Source: the human T2T-CHM13v2.0 reference genome, Homo sapiens. From it: 64,000 bases of DNA. The stretch lies in NCBI RefSeq assembly GCF_009914755.1, contig NC_060948.1. One strand, 5' to 3'. A program made the translations under genes and the position numbers. Below, piece after piece: positions 33,524-52,881 of the stretch. The notes beneath the pieces are model-generated. The model made no database searches. It was not told the origin of the DNA and was given only the letters and a program-made list of their open reading frames with translations. Positions within the stretch are counted from its first letter, which is position 1, and every line of letters begins with the position of its first letter.

Positions 33524-35628
33524 AGATCCATATTTTTTAAATGAAAAAAAATTTCAAAGGTACTCTGCTTGGTACAATAATCAAATGTATAAACTGAGGA
33601 ATAAAACATAACCATGAAACCTACTTATAACTGCATATGGAAAATACAGAGGATAATTTTTTAAATAACATATTTTGAAAGCCTTAACTAGTAATTTGAA
33701 GAGTTGGCATTTGAAAGGCCAGTATGAATATACCTTCAAAGCAGCAACACAGGTTCCCCATGAGAAAAAGCAAACACAGGGAAAATAAAAACACAAAGGT
33801 TCAATCTCTTCTGACCTTTGAAAGACACAGCACAGACAGTGGTCCTTAGGACGAAGAGCAGGAGACCCCTAATTCCGTCACCATGGCGATAGGGCATAAA
33901 CATTGCTGGGTGAGGGCACAATCCACATTGTGAGGTCCAACTGCTGCCAGGAAGACAGGAGTGCTTTTACATAGACCGAAAGGTCATTGAAGGCTCAGAG
34001 TTTTCTTTCAAGAACTGAATCCCAAGCCCACACGTTATTAGGCTGCGCTTCTTAAAACAAGTTATGAGATGGGAAAAAGGGCACCCACAAACATACGTAT
34101 ACATTATGTGTATAATAATATACAGTATCATATATATAATATATATAACCTATGTATAATATTGTTTTACATCCTGCATCTTATGTTATATATATTGTAT
34201 AAAATATAATAATTGATAATATATAAGTTTTATAATTATACAATATGACATATAGTATATATTATAATTTATGACATATATAATATATGTTATATGTCAT
34301 ATATAGAATATATTATACGGTTAATATACGTATTAAATATAAATTATACATTATATATATTATATATAATATATCTGTTATATATAATACCCATTATGCA
34401 TAATATATATATTATGTCTATGTTATATATAGTATAAAACAACATATAATAATATATAATTGTATATATAAAATGCGACATATAATATATATTATATTTT
34501 ATAACATATGTAATATATATTATATATTATATATAATACGTTGTATGTATAATACCAATATTAAATATATATTATATGACTATGTTATTAATTACATGTC
34601 ACATGTGTTATATATTATATATTTTACATAGAATATACCGGTTACATACAATATATACTATGTTACCTATAATGTATAATTTATTACATGTAAAATAAAC
34701 AATGCAATATATTATGTATAATATATAATATACAATATGTGGAATGTGATATATATAACATATAATATATGATATATGATATACAGTATATGATATATAA
34801 CATACAATATATGATTCCTAATATATATGGTATACAATATATATTTTATGATATGTATTCTATATGTTTTATATTCTGTTATATATAACTATTTGAAATT
34901 ATATATAACTGTATAATATTTTATGTAAATATGTAATATAATATATATAACTATATAATATATTATATATAACTATATATTATGTTATATATACTTTTAT
35001 AACATAATTTACATAAAATATCATAATATAATATATATTATATTATTTCATATTACATAATATATATTACATATCACCCAATATAACTAACATACATAAT
35101 ATTATAATATAGATTATATTGTGTTATATTAAATATCATATATATCATGTATCATATATTCTATAATATGTATTACACATTATATAATATGTATGTTGTC
35201 TATTATGTGATATATATAACTATATATATAATTATATTTTTATACATGTAACTAGATAAACATGTAATTCTACATATTTTCATTTATAATATGTATAATT
35301 ATATAATCATATATAATTATTTATATTCTATAAAAAATTTTATAATTATATAAATTATAATATATAAAAATTATAATATGTACTACAAATATATATATTA
35401 TATATCATATATGATATAGTACCATTGTTATATTTCATAATACATATAAATGTGTATTATGTTATCTATAATTATATAATTTCATATATAAGATGTATAA
35501 TGTGTATCATAAATTATATATGTTATGTAATATATATAGTATATATAAGATGACACAGGATAAATATTATATACTATGACATATAAAATATATGAGGTTA
35601 TATGTTACATATAAGGCATAGCACATAA

Positions 35629-35943
<315 letters not shown>

Positions 35944-38046
35944 AGATCCATATTTTGTAAATGAAAAAAAATTTCAAAGGTACTCTGCTTGGTACAATAA
36001 TCAAATGTATAAACTGAGGAATAAAACATAACCATGAAACCTACTTATAACTGCATATGGAAAATACAGAGGATAATTTTTTAAATAACATATTTTGAAA
36101 GCCTTAACTAGTAATTTGAAGAGTTGGCATTTGAAAGGCCAGTATGAATATACCTTCAAAGCAGCAACACAGGTTCCCCATGAGAAAAAGCAAACACAGG
36201 GAAAATAAAAACACAAAGGTTCAATCTCTTCTGACCTTTGAAAGACACAGCACAGACAGTGGTCCTTAGGACGAAGAGCAGGAGACCCCTAATTCCGTCA
36301 CCATGGCGATAGGGCATAAACATTGCTGGGTGAGGGCACAATCCACATTGTGAGGTCCAACTGCTGCCAGGAAGACAGGAGTGCTTTTACATAGACCGAA
36401 AGGTCATTGAAGGCTCAGAGTTTTCTTTCAAGAACTGAATCCCAAGCCCACACGTTATTAGGCTGCGCTTCTTAAAACAAGTTATGAGATGGGAAAAAGG
36501 GCACCCACAAACATACGTATACATTATGTGTATAATAATATACAGTATCATATATATAATATATATAACCTATGTATAATATTGTTTTACATCCTGCATC
36601 TTATGTTATATATATTGTATAAAATATAATAATTGATAATATATAAGTTTTATAATTATACAATATGACATATAGTATATATTATAATTTATGACATATA
36701 TAATATATGTTATATGTCATATATAGAATATATTATACGGTTAATATACGTATTAAATATAAATTATACATTATATATATTATATATAATATATCTGTTA
36801 TATATAATACCCATTATGCATAATATATATATTATGTCTATGTTATATATAGTATAAAACAACATATAATAATATATAATTGTATATATAAAATGCGACA
36901 TATAATATATATTATATTTTATAACATATGTAATATATATTATATATTATATATAATACGTTGTATGTATAATACCAATATTAAATATATATTATATGAC
37001 TATGTTATTAATTACATGTCACATGTGTTATATATTATATATTTTACATAGAATATACCGGTTACATACAATATATACTATGTTACCTATAATGTATAAT
37101 TTATTACATGTAAAATAAACAATGCAATATATTATGTATAATATATAATATACAATATGTGGAATGTGATATATATAACATATAATATATGATATATGAT
37201 ATACAGTATATGATATATAACATACAATATATGATTCCTAATATATATGGTATACAATATATATTTTATGATATGTATTCTATATGTTTTATATTCTGTT
37301 ATATATAACTATTTGAAATTATATATAACTGTATAATATTTTATGTAAATATGTAATATAATATATATAACTATATAATATATTATATATAACTATATAT
37401 TATGTTATATATACTTTTATAACATAATTTACATAAAATATCATAATATAATATATATTATATTATTTCATATTACATAATATATATTACATATCACCCA
37501 ATATAACTAACATACATAATATTATAATATAGATTATATTGTGTTATATTAAATATCATATATATCATGTATCATATATTCTATAATATGTATTACACAT
37601 TATATAATATGTATGTTGTCTATTATGTGATATATATAACTATATATAATTATATTTTTATACATATAACTAGATAAACATGTAATTCTACATATTTTCA
37701 TTTATAACATGTATAATTATATAATCATATATAATTATTTATATTCTATAAAAAATTTTATCATTATATAAATTATAATATATAAAAATTATAATATGTA
37801 CTACAAATATATATATTATATATCATATATGATATAGTACCATTGTTATATTTCATAATACATATAAATGTGTATTATGTTATCTATAATTATATAATTT
37901 CATATATAAGATGTATAATGTGTATCATAAATTATATATGTTATGTAATATATATAGTATATATAAGATGACACAGGATAAATATTATATACTATGACAT
38001 ATAAAATATATGAGGTTATATGTTACATATAAGGCATAGCACATAA

Positions 38047-38361
<315 letters not shown>

Positions 38362-40489
38362 AGATCCATATTTTTTAAATGAAAAAAAATTTCAAAGGTA
38401 CTCTGCTTGGTACAATAATCAAATGTATAAACTGAGGAATAAAACATAACCATGAAACCTACTTATAACTGCATATGGAAAATACAGAGGATAATTTTTT
38501 AAATAACATATTTTGAAAGCCTTAACTAGTAATTTGAAGAGTTGGCATTTGAAAGGCCAGTATGAATATACCTTCAAAGCAGCAACACAGGTTCCCCATG
38601 AGAAAAAGCAAACACAGGGAAAATAAAAACACAAAGGTTCAATCTCTTCTGACCTTTGAAAGACACAGCACAGACAGTGGTCCTTAGGACGAAGAGCAGG
38701 AGACCCCTAATTCCGTCACCATGGCGATAGGGCATAAACATTGCTGGGTGAGGGCACAATCCACATTGTGAGGTCCAACTGCTGCCAGGAAGACAGGAGT
38801 GCTTTTACATAGACCGAAAGGTCATTGAAGGCTCAGAGTTTTCTTTCAAGAACTGAATCCCAAGCCCACACGTTATTAGGCTGCGCTTCTTAAAACAAGT
38901 TATGAGATGGGAAAAAGGGCACCCACAAACATACGTATACATTATGTATATAATAATATACAGTATCATATATATAATATATATAACCTATGTATAATAT
39001 TGTTTTACATCCTGCATCTTATGTTATATATATTGTATAAAATATAATAATTGATAATATATAAGTTTTATAATTATACAATATGACATATAGTATATAT
39101 TATAATTTATGACATATATAATATATGTTATATGTCATATATAGAATATATTATACGGTTAATATACGTATTAAATATAAATTATACATTATATATATTA
39201 TATATAATATATCTGTTATATATAATACCCATTATGCATAATATATATATTATGTCTATGTTATATATAGTATAAAACAACATATAATAATATATAATTG
39301 TATATATAAAATGCGACATATAATATATATTATATTTTATAACATATGTAATATATATTATATATTATATATAATACGTTGTATGTATAATACCTATATT
39401 AAATATATATTATATGACTATGTTATTAATTACGTGTCACATGTGTTATATATTATATATTTTACATAGAATATACCGGTTACATACAATATATACTATG
39501 TTACCTATAATGTATAATTTATTACATGTAAAATAAACAATGCAATATATTATGTATAATTTATAATATACAATATGTGGAATGTGATATATATAACATA
39601 TAATATATGATATATGATATACAGTATATGATATATAACATACAATATATGATTCCTAATATATATGGTATACAATATATATTTTATGATATGTATTCTA
39701 TATGTTTTATATTCTGTTATATATAACTATTTGAAATTATATATAACTGTATAATATTTTATGTAAATATGTAATATAATATATATAACTATATAATATA
39801 TTATATATAACTATATATTATGTTATATATACTTTTATAACATAATTTACATAAAATATCATAATATAATATATATTATATTATTTCATATTACATAATA
39901 TATATTACATATCACCCAATATAACTAACATACATAATATTATAATATAGATTATATTGTGTTATATTAAATATCATATATATCATGTATCATATATTCT
40001 ATAATATATATTACACATTATATAATATGTATGTTGTCTATTATGTGATATATATAACTATATATATAATTATATTTTTATACATATAACTAGATAAACA
40101 TGTAATTCTACATATTTTCATTTATAATATGTATAATTATATAATCATATATAATTATTTATATTCTATAAAAAATTTTATCATTATATAAATTATAATA
40201 TATAGAAATTATAATATGTACTACAAATATATATATTATATATCATATATGATATAGTACTATTGTTATATTTCATAATACATATAAATGTGTATTATGT
40301 TATCTATAATTATATAATTTCATATATAAGATGTATAATATGTATCATAAAATATATATGTTGTGTAATATATATAGTATATATAAGATGACACAGGATA
40401 AATATTATATACTATGACATATAAAATATATGAGGTTATATGTTACATATAAGGCATAGCACATAACATGTAATATATATCATATATAA

Positions 40490-40781
40490 TTTTTTTTTAG
40501 ACAGAATCTTGTCCTGTTGCACAGGGTGGGGTACAATGGCGCCATCTTTGCTGACTGCAAATTCTGCCTCACGGGTCCAAGCGATTGTCCTCCCTCAGCC
40601 TCCCAGGTAGCTGGGACTACACCACACTGGGACTACACCAGCTGCCACCATGCCTAGCTAATTTTTTGGATTTTTAGTAGTGACAGCGTTTCACTGTATT
40701 GGCCAGGATGGTCTTGATCTCTTCACCTTGTGATCCCCTTGCCTTGGCCTCCAAATTTGCTGGGATTACAGGCCTGAGCCA
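40490..40781 (-). mobile_element. Diverged Alu, unit 17
   Basis: Near-identical copy of 1777-2068. Confidence 0.95.
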
Positions 40782-42909
40782 AGATCCATATTTTTTAAAT
40801 GAAAAAAAATTTCAAAGGTACTCTGCTTGGTACAATAATCAAATGTATAAACTGAGGAATAAAACATAACCATGAAACCTACTTATAACTGCATATGGAA
40901 AATACAGAGGATAATTTTTTAAATAACATATTTTGAAAGCCTTAACTAGTAATTTGAAGAGTTGGCATTTGAAAGGCCAGTATGAATATACCTTCAAAGC
41001 AGCAACACAGGTTCCCCATGAGAAAAAGCAAACACAGGGAAAATAAAAACACAAAGGTTCAATCTCTTCTGACCTTTGAAAGACACAGCACAGACAGTGG
41101 TCCTTAGGACGAAGAGCAGGAGACCCCTAATTCCGTCACCATGGTGATAGGGCATAAACATTGCTGGGTGAGGGCACAATCCACATTGTGAGGTCCAACT
41201 GCTGCCAGGAAGACAGGAGTGCTTTTACATAGACCGAAAGGTCATTGAAGGCTCAGAGTTTTGTTTCAAGAACTGAATCCCAAGCCCACACGTTATTAGG
41301 CTGCGCTTCTTAAAACAAGTTATGAGATGGGAAAAAGGGCACCCACAAACATACGTATACATTATGTATATAATAATATACAGTATCATATATATAATAT
41401 ATATAACCTATGTATAATATTGTTTTACATCCTGCATCTTATGTTATATATATTGTATAAAATATAATAATTGATAATATATAAGTTTTATAATTATACA
41501 ATATGACATATAGTATATATTATAATTTATGACATATATAATATATGTTATATGTCATATATAGAATATATTATACGGTTAATATACGTATTAAATATAA
41601 ATTATACATTATATATATTATATATAATATATCTGTTATATATAATACCCATTATGCATAATATATATATTATGTCTATGTTATATATAGTATAAAACAA
41701 CATATAATAATATATAATTGTATATATAAAATGCGACATATAATATATATTATATTTTATAACATATGTAATATATATTATATATTATATATAATACGTT
41801 GTATGTATAATACCTATATTAAATATATATTATATGACTATGTTATTAATTACGTGTCACATGTGTTATATATTATATATTTTACATAGAATATACCGGT
41901 TACATACAATATATACTATGTTACCTATAATGTATAATTTATTACATGTAAAATAAACAATGCAATATATTATGTATAATTTATAATATACAATATGTGG
42001 AATGTGATATATATAACATATAATATATGATATATGATATACAGTATATGATATATAACATACAATATATGATTCCTAATATATATGGTATACAATATAT
42101 ATTTTATGATATGTATTCTATATGTTTTATATTCTGTTATATATAACTATTTGAAATTATATATAACTGTATAATATTTTATGTAAATATGTAATATAAT
42201 ATATATAACTATATAATATATTATATATAACTATATATTATGTTATATATACTTTTATAACATAATTTACATAAAATATCATAATATAATATATATTATA
42301 TTATTTCATATTACATAATATATATTACATATCACCCAATATAACTAACATACATAATATTATAATATAGATTATATTGTGTTATATTAAATATCATATA
42401 TATCATGTATCATATATTCTATAATATATATTACACATTATATAATATGTATGTTGTCTATTATGTGATATATATAACTATATATATAATTATATTTTTA
42501 TACATATAACTAGATAAACATGTAATTCTACATATTTTCATTTATAATATGTATAATTATATAATCATATATAATTATTTATATTCTATAAAAAATTTTA
42601 TCATTATATAAATTATAATATATAAAAATTATAATATGTACTACAAATATATATATTATATATCATATATGATATAGTACTATTGTTATATTTCATAATA
42701 CATATAAATGTGTATTATGTTATCTATAATTATATAATTTCATATATAAGATGTATAATATGTATCATAAATTATATATGTTGTGTAATATATATAGTAT
42801 ATATAAGATGACACAGGATAAATATTATATACTATGACATATAAAATATATGAGGTTATATGTTACATATAAGGCATAGCACATAACATGTAATATATAT
42901 CATATATAA

Positions 42910-43201
42910 TTTTTTTTTAGACAGAATCTTGTCCTGTTGCACAGGGTGGGGTACAATGGCGCCATCTTTGCTGACTGCAAATTCTGCCTCACGGGTCCAA
43001 GCGATTGTCCTCCCTCAGCCTCCCAGGTAGCTGGGACTACACCACACTGGGACTACACCAGCTGCCACCATGCCTAGCTAATTTTTTGGATTTTTAGTAG
43101 TGACAGCGTTTCACTGTATTGGCCAGGATGGTCTTGATCTCTTCACCTTGTGATCCCCTTGCCTTGGCCTCCAAATTTGCTGGGATTACAGGCCTGAGCC
43201 A
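42910..43201 (-). mobile_element. Diverged Alu, unit 18
   Basis: Near-identical copy of 1777-2068. Confidence 0.95.
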
Positions 43202-45329
43202 AGATCCATATTTTGTTAATGAAAAAAAATTTCAAAGGTACTCTGCTTGGTACAATAATCAAATGTATAAACTGAGGAATAAAACATAACCATGAAACCT
43301 ACTTATAACTGCATATGGAAAATACAGAGGATAATTTTTTAAATAACATATTTTGAAAGCCTTAACTAGTAATTTGAAGAGTTGGCATTTGAAAGGCCAG
43401 TATGAATATACCTTCAAAGCAGCAACACAGGTTCCCCATGAGAAAAAGCAAACACAGGGAAAATAAAAACACAAAGGTTCAATCTCTTCTGACCTTTGAA
43501 AGACACAGCACAGACAGTGGTCCTTAGGACGAAGAGCAGGAGACCCCTAATTCCGTCACCATGGCGATAGGGCATAAACATTGCTGGGTGAGGGCACAAT
43601 CCACATTGTGAGGTCCAACTGCTGCCAGGAAGACAGGAGTGCTTTTACATAGACCGAAAGGTCATTGAAGGCTCAGAGTTTTGTTTCAAGAACTGAATCC
43701 CAAGCCCACACGTTATTAGGCTGCGCTTCTTAAAACAAGTTATGAGATGGGAAAAAGGGCACCCACAAACATACGTATACATTATGTATATAATAATATA
43801 CAGTATCATATATATAATATATATAACCTATGTATAATATTGTTTTACATCCTGCATCTAATGTTATATATATTGTATAAAATATAATAATTGATAATAT
43901 ATAAGTTTTATAATTATACAATATGACATATAGTATATATTATAATTTATGACATATATAATATATGTTATATGTCATATATAGAATATATTATACGGTT
44001 AATATACGTATTAAATATAAATTATACATTATATATATTATATATAATATATCTGTTATATATAATACCCATTATGCATAATATATATATTATGTCTATG
44101 TTATATATAGCATAAAACAACATATAATAATATATAATTGTATATATAAAATGCGACATATAATATATATTATATTTTATTACATATGTAATATATATTA
44201 TATATTATATATAATACGTTGTATGTATAATACCTATATTAAATATATATTATATGACTATGTTATTAATTACATGTCACATGCGTTATATATTATATAT
44301 TTTATATAGAATATACCGGTTACATACAATATATACTATGTTACCTATAATGTATAATTTATTACATGTAAAATAAAGAATGCAATATATTATGTAAAAT
44401 TTATAATATACCATATGTGGAATGTGATACATATAACATATAATATATGATATATGATGTACAGTATATGATATATAACATACAATATATGATTCCTAAT
44501 ATATATGGTATACAATATATATTTTATGATATGTATTCTATATGTTTTATATTCTGTTATATATAACTATTTGAAATTATATATAACTGTATAATATTTT
44601 ATGTAAATATGTAATATAATATATATAACTATAAAATATATTATATATAACTATATATTATGTTATATATACTTTTATAACATAATTTACATAAAATATC
44701 ATAATATAATATATATTATATTATTTCATATTACATAATATATATTACATATCACCCAATATAACTAACATACATAATATTATAATATAGATTATATTAT
44801 GTTATATTAAATATCATATATATCATGTATCATATATTCTATAATATATATTACACCTTATATAATATATATGTTGTCTATTATGTGATATATATAACTA
44901 TATATATAATTATATTTTTATACATATAACTAGACAAACATGTAATTCTACATATTTTCATTTATAATATGTAGAATTATATAATCATATATAATTATTT
45001 ATATTCTATAAAAAATTTTATCATTATATAAATTATAATATATAAAAATTATAATATGTACTACAAATATATATATTATATATCATATATGATATAGTAC
45101 CTTTGTTATATATCATAATACATATAAATGTGTATTATGTTATCTATAATTATATAATTTCATATATAAGATGTATAATATGTATCATATATTATATATG
45201 TTATGTAATATATATAGTATATATAAGATGACACAGGATAAATATTATATACTATGACATATAAAATATATGAGGTTATATGTTACATATAAGGCATAGC
45301 ACATAACATGTAATATATATCATATATAA

Positions 45330-45621
45330 TTTTTTTTTAGACAGAATCTTGTCCTGTTGCACAGGGTGGGGTACAATGGCGCCATCTTTGCTCACTGCAA
45401 CTTCTGCCTCATGGGTCCAAGCGATTGTCCTCCCTCAGCCTCCCAGGTAGCTGGGACTACACCACACTGGGACTACACCAGCTGCCACCATGCCTAGCTA
45501 ATTATTTGGATTTTTAGTAGTGACAGCGTTTCACTGTATTGGCCAGGATGGTCTTGACCTCTTCACCTTCTGATCCCCTTGCCTTGGCCTCCAAATTTGC
45601 TGGGATTACAGGCCTGAGCCA
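45330..45621 (-). mobile_element. Diverged Alu, unit 19
   Basis: Near-identical copy of 1777-2068. Confidence 0.95.
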
Positions 45622-47726
45622 AGATCCATATTTTTTAAATGAAAAAAAATTTCAAAGGTACTCTGCTTGGTACAATAATCAAATGTATAAACTGAGGAAT
45701 AAAACATAACCATGAAACCTACTTATAACTGCATATGGAAAATACAGAGGATAATTTTTTAAATAACATATTTTGAAAGCCTTAACTAGTAATTTGAAGA
45801 GCTGGCATTTGAAAGGCCAGTATGAATATACCTTCAAAGCAGCAACACAGGTTCCCCATGAGAAAAAGCAAACACAGGGAAAATAAAACCACAAAGGTTC
45901 AATCTCTTCTGACCTTTGAAAGACACAGCACAGACAGTGGTCCTTAGGACGAAGAGCAGGAGACCCCTAATTCCGTCACCATGGCGATAGGGCATAAACA
46001 TTGCTGGGTGAGGGCACAATCCACATTGTGAGGTCCAACTGCTGCCAGGAAGACAGGAGTGCTTTTACATAGACCGAAAGGTCATTGAAGGCTCAGAGTT
46101 TTCTTTCAAGAACTGAATCCCAAGCCCACACGTTATTAGGCTGCGCTTCTTAAAACAAGTTATGAGATGGGAAAAAGGGCACCCACAAACATACGTATAC
46201 ATTATGTATATAATAATATACAGTATCATATATATAATATATATAACCTATGTATAATATTGTTTTACATCCTGCATCTTATGTTATATATATTGTATAA
46301 AATATAATAATTGATAATATATAAGTTTTATAATTATACAATATGACATATAGTATATATTATAATTTATGACATATATAATATATGTTATATGTCATAT
46401 ATAGAATATATTATACGGTTAATATACGTATTAAATATAAATTATACATTATATATATTATATATAATATATCTGTTATATATAATACCCATTATGCATA
46501 ATATATATATTATGTCTATGTTATATATAGTATAAAACAACATATAATAATATATAATTGTATATATAAAATGCGACATATAATATATATTATATTTTAT
46601 TACATATGTAATATATATTATATATTATATATAATACGTTGTATGTATAATACCTATATTAAATATATATTATATGACTATGTTATTAATTACATGTCAC
46701 ATGCGTTATATATTATATATTTTACATAGAATATACCGGTTACATACAATATATACTATGTTACCTATAATGTATAATTTATTACATGTAAAATAAAGAA
46801 TGCAATATATTATGTAAAATTTATAATATACCATATGTGGAATGTGATATATATAACATATAATATATGATATATGATGTACAGTATATGATATATAACA
46901 TACAATATATGATTCCTAATATATATGGTATACAATATATATTTTATGTTATGTATTCTATATGTTTTATATTCTGTTATATATAACTATTTGAAATTAT
47001 ATATAACTGTATAATATTTTATGTAAATATGTAATATAATATATATAACTATATAATATATTATATATAACTATATATTATGTTATATATACTTTTATAA
47101 CATAATTTACATAAAATATCATAATATAATATATATTATATTATTTCATATTACATAATATATATTACATATCACCCAATATAACTAACATACATAATAT
47201 TATAATATAGATTATATTATGTTATATTAAATATCATATATATCATGTATCATATATTCTATAATATATATTACACCTTATATAATATGTATGTTGTCTA
47301 TTATGTGATATATATAACTATATATATAATTATATTTTTATACATATAACTAGATAAACATGTAATTCTACATATTTCCATTTATAATATGTAGAATTAT
47401 ATAATCATATATAATTATTTATATTCTATAAAAAATTTTATCATTATATAAATTATAATATATAAAAATTATAATATGTACTACAAATATATATATTATA
47501 TATCATATATGATATAGTACCTTTGTTATATATCATAATACATATAAATGTGTATTATGTTATCTATAATTATATAATTTCATATATAAGATGTATAATA
47601 TGTATCATATATTATATATGTTATGTAATATATATAGTATATATAAGATGACACAGGATAAATATTATATACTATGACATATAAAATATATGAGGTTATA
47701 TGTTACATATAAGGCATAGCACATAA

Positions 47727-48041
<315 letters not shown>

Positions 48042-50169
48042 AGATCCATCTTTTTTAAATGAAAAAAAATTTCAAAGGTACTCTGCTTGGTACAATAATC
48101 AAATGTATAAACTGAGGAATAAAACATAACCATGAAACCTACTTATAACTGCATACGGAAAATACAGAGGATAATTTTTTAAATAACATATTTTGAAAGC
48201 CTTAACTAGTAATTTGAAGAGCTGGCATTTGAAAGGCCAGTATGAATATACCTTCAAAGCAGCAACACAGGTTCCCCATGAGAAAAAGCAAACACAGGGA
48301 AAATAAAACCACAAAGGTTCAATCTCTTCTGACCTTTGAAAGACACAGCACAGACAGTGGTCCTTAGGACGAAGAGCACGAGACCCCTAATTCCGTCACC
48401 ATGGCGATAGGGCATAAACATTGCTGGGTGAGGGCACAATCCACATTGTGAGGTCCAACTGCTGCCAGGAAGACAGGAGTGCTTTTACATAGACCGAAAG
48501 GTCATTGAAGGCTCAGAGTTTTGTTTCAAGAACTGAATCCCAAGCCCACACGTTATTAGGCTGCGCTTCTTAAAACAAGTTATGAGATGGGAAAAAGGGC
48601 ACCCACAAACATACGTATACATTATGTATATAATAATATACAGTATCATATATATAATATATATAACCTATGTATAATATTGTTTTACATCCTGCATCTT
48701 ATGTTATATATATTGTATAAAATATAATAATTGATACTATATAAGTTTTATAATTATACAATATGACATATAGTATATATTATAATTTATGACATATATA
48801 ATATATGTTATATGTCATATATAGAATATATTATACGGTTAATATACGTATTAAATATAAATTATACATTATATATATTATATATAATATATCTGTTATA
48901 TATAATACCCATTATGCATAATATATATATTATGTCTATGTTATATATAGTATAAAACAACATATAATAATATATTATTGTATATATAAAATGCGACATA
49001 TAATATATATTATATTTTATAACATATGTAATATATATTATATATTATATATAATACGTTGTATGTATAATACCTATATTAAATATATATTATATGACTA
49101 TGTTATTAATTACGTGTCACATGTGTTATATATTATATATTTTACATAGAATATACCGGTTACATACAATATATACTATGTTACCTATAATGTATAATTT
49201 ATTACATGTAAAATAAACAATGCAATATATTATGTATAATTTATAATATACAATATGTGGAATGTAATATATATAACATATAATATATGATATATGATAT
49301 ACAGTATATGATATATAACATACAATATATGATTCCTAATATATATGGTATACAATATATATTTTATGATATGTATTCTATATGTTTTATATTCTGTTAT
49401 ATATAACTATTTGAAATTATATATAACTGTATAATATTTTATGTAAATATGTAATATAATATATATAACTATATAATATATTATATATAACTATATATTA
49501 TGTTATATATACTTTTATAACATAATTTACATAAAATATCATAATATAATATATATTATATTATTTCATATTACATAATATATATTACATATCACCCAAT
49601 ATAACTAACATACATAATATTATAATATAGATTATATTGTGTTATATTAAATATCATATATATCATGTATCATATATTCTATAATATATATTACACATTA
49701 TATAATATGTATGTTGTCTATTATGTGATATATATAACTATATATATAATTATATTTTTATACATATAACTAGATAAACATGTAATTCTACATATTTTCA
49801 TTTATAATATGTATAATTATATAATCATATATAATTATTTATATTCTATAAAAAATTTTATCATTATATAAATTATAATATATAAAAATTATAATATGTA
49901 CTACAAATATATATATTATATATCATATATGATATAGTACTATTGTTATATTTCATAATACATATAAATGTGTATTATGTTATCTATAATTATATAATTT
50001 CATATATAAGATGTATAATATGTATCATAAATTATATATGTTGTGTAATATATATAGTATATATAAGATGACACAGGATAAATATTATATACTATGACAT
50101 ATAAAATATATGAGGTTATATGTTACATATAAGGCATAGCACATAACATGTAATATATATCATATATAA

Positions 50170-50461
50170 TTTTTTTTTAGACAGAATCTTGTCCTGTTGC
50201 ACAGGGTGGGGTACAATGGCGCCATCTTTGCTGACTGCAAATTCTGCCTCACGGGTCCAAGCGATTGTCCTCCCTCAGCCTCCCAGGTAGCTGGGACTAC
50301 ACCACACTGGGACTACACCAGCTGCCACCATGCCTAGCTAATTTTTTGGATTTTTAGTAGTGACAGCGTTTCACTGTATTGGCCAGGATGGTCTTGATCT
50401 CTTCACCTTGTGATCCCCTTGCCTTGGCCTCCAAATTTGCTGGGATTACAGGCCTGAGCCA
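50170..50461 (-). mobile_element. Diverged Alu, unit 21
   Basis: Near-identical copy of 1777-2068. Confidence 0.95.
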
Positions 50462-52566
50462 AGATCCATATTTTTTAAATGAAAAAAAATTTCAAAGGTA
50501 CTCTGCTTGGTACAATAATCAAATGTATAAACTGAGGAATAAAACATAACCATGAAACCTACTTATAACTGCATATGGAAAATACAGAGGATAATTTTTT
50601 AAATAACATATTTTGAAAGCCTTAACTAGTAATTTGAAGAGTTGGCATTTGAAAGGCCAGTATGAATATACCTTCAAAGCAGCAACACAGGTTCCCCATG
50701 AGAAAAAGCAAACACAGGGAAAATAAAAACACAAAGGTTCAATCTCTTCTGACCTTTGAAAGACACAGCACAGACAGTGGTCCTTAGGACGAAGAGCAGG
50801 AGACCCCTAATTCCGTCACCATGGCGATAGGGCATAAACATTGCTGGGTGAGGGCACAATCCACATTGTGAGGTCCAACTGCTGCCAGGAAGACAGGAGT
50901 GCTTTTACATAGACCGAAAGGTCATTGAAGGCTCAGAGTTTTGTTTCAAGAACTGAATCCCAAGCCCACACGTTATTAGGCTGCGCTTCTTAAAACAAGT
51001 TATGAGATGGGAAAAAGGGCACCCACAAACATACGTATACATTATGTATATAATAATATACAGTATCATATATATAATATATATAACCTATGTATAATAT
51101 TGTTTTACATCCTGCATCTAATGTTATATATATTGTATAAAATATAATAATTGATAATATATAAGTTTTATAATTATACAATATGACATATAGTATATAT
51201 TATAATTTATGACATATATAATATATGTTATATGTCATATATAGAATATATTATACGGTTAATATACGTATTAAATATAAATTATACATTATATATATTA
51301 TATATAATATATCTGTTATATATAATACCCATTATGCATAATATATATATTATGTCTATGTTATATATAGCATAAAACAACATATAATAATATATAATTG
51401 TATATATAAAATGCGACATATAATATATATTATATTTTATTACATATGTAATATATATTATATATTATATATAATACGTTGTATGTATAATACCTATATT
51501 AAATATATATTATATGACTATGTTATTAATTACATGTCACATGTGTTATATATTATATATTTTATATAGAATATACCGGTTACATACAATATATACTATG
51601 TTACCTATAATGTATAATTTATTACATGTAAAATAAAGAATGCAATATATTATGTAAAATTTATAATATACCATATGTGGAATGTGATACATATAACATA
51701 TAATATATGATATATGATGTACAGTATATGATATATAACATACAATATATGATTCCTAATATATATGGTATACAATATATATTTTATGATATGTATTCTA
51801 TATGTTTTATATTCTGTTATATATAACTATTTGAAATTATATATAACTGTATAATATTTTATGTAAATATGTAATATAATATATATAACTATAAAATATA
51901 TTATATATAACTATATATTATGTTATATATACTTTTATAACATAATTTACATAAAATATCATAATATAATATATATTATATTATTTCATATTACATAATA
52001 TATATTACATATCACCCAATATAACTAACATACATAATATTATAATATAGATTATATTATGTTATATTAAATATCATATATATCATGTATCATATATTCT
52101 ATAATATATATTACACCTTATATAATATGTATGTTGTCTATTATGTGATATATATAACTATATATATAATTATATTTTTATACATATAACTAGACAAACA
52201 TGTAATTCTACATATTTTCATTTATAATATGTAGAATTATATAATCATATATAATTATTTATATTCTATAAAAAATTTTATCATTATATAAATTATAATA
52301 TATAAAAATTATAATATGTACTACAAATATATATATTATATATCATATATGATATAGTACCTTTGTTATATATCATAATACATATAAATGTGTATTATGT
52401 TATCTACAATTATATAATTTCATATATAAGATGTATAATATGTATCATATATTATATATGTTATGTAATATATATAGTATATATAAGATGACACAGGATA
52501 AATATTATATACTATGACATATAAAATATATGAGGTTATATGTTACATATAAGGCATAGCACATAA

Positions 52567-52881
<315 letters not shown>
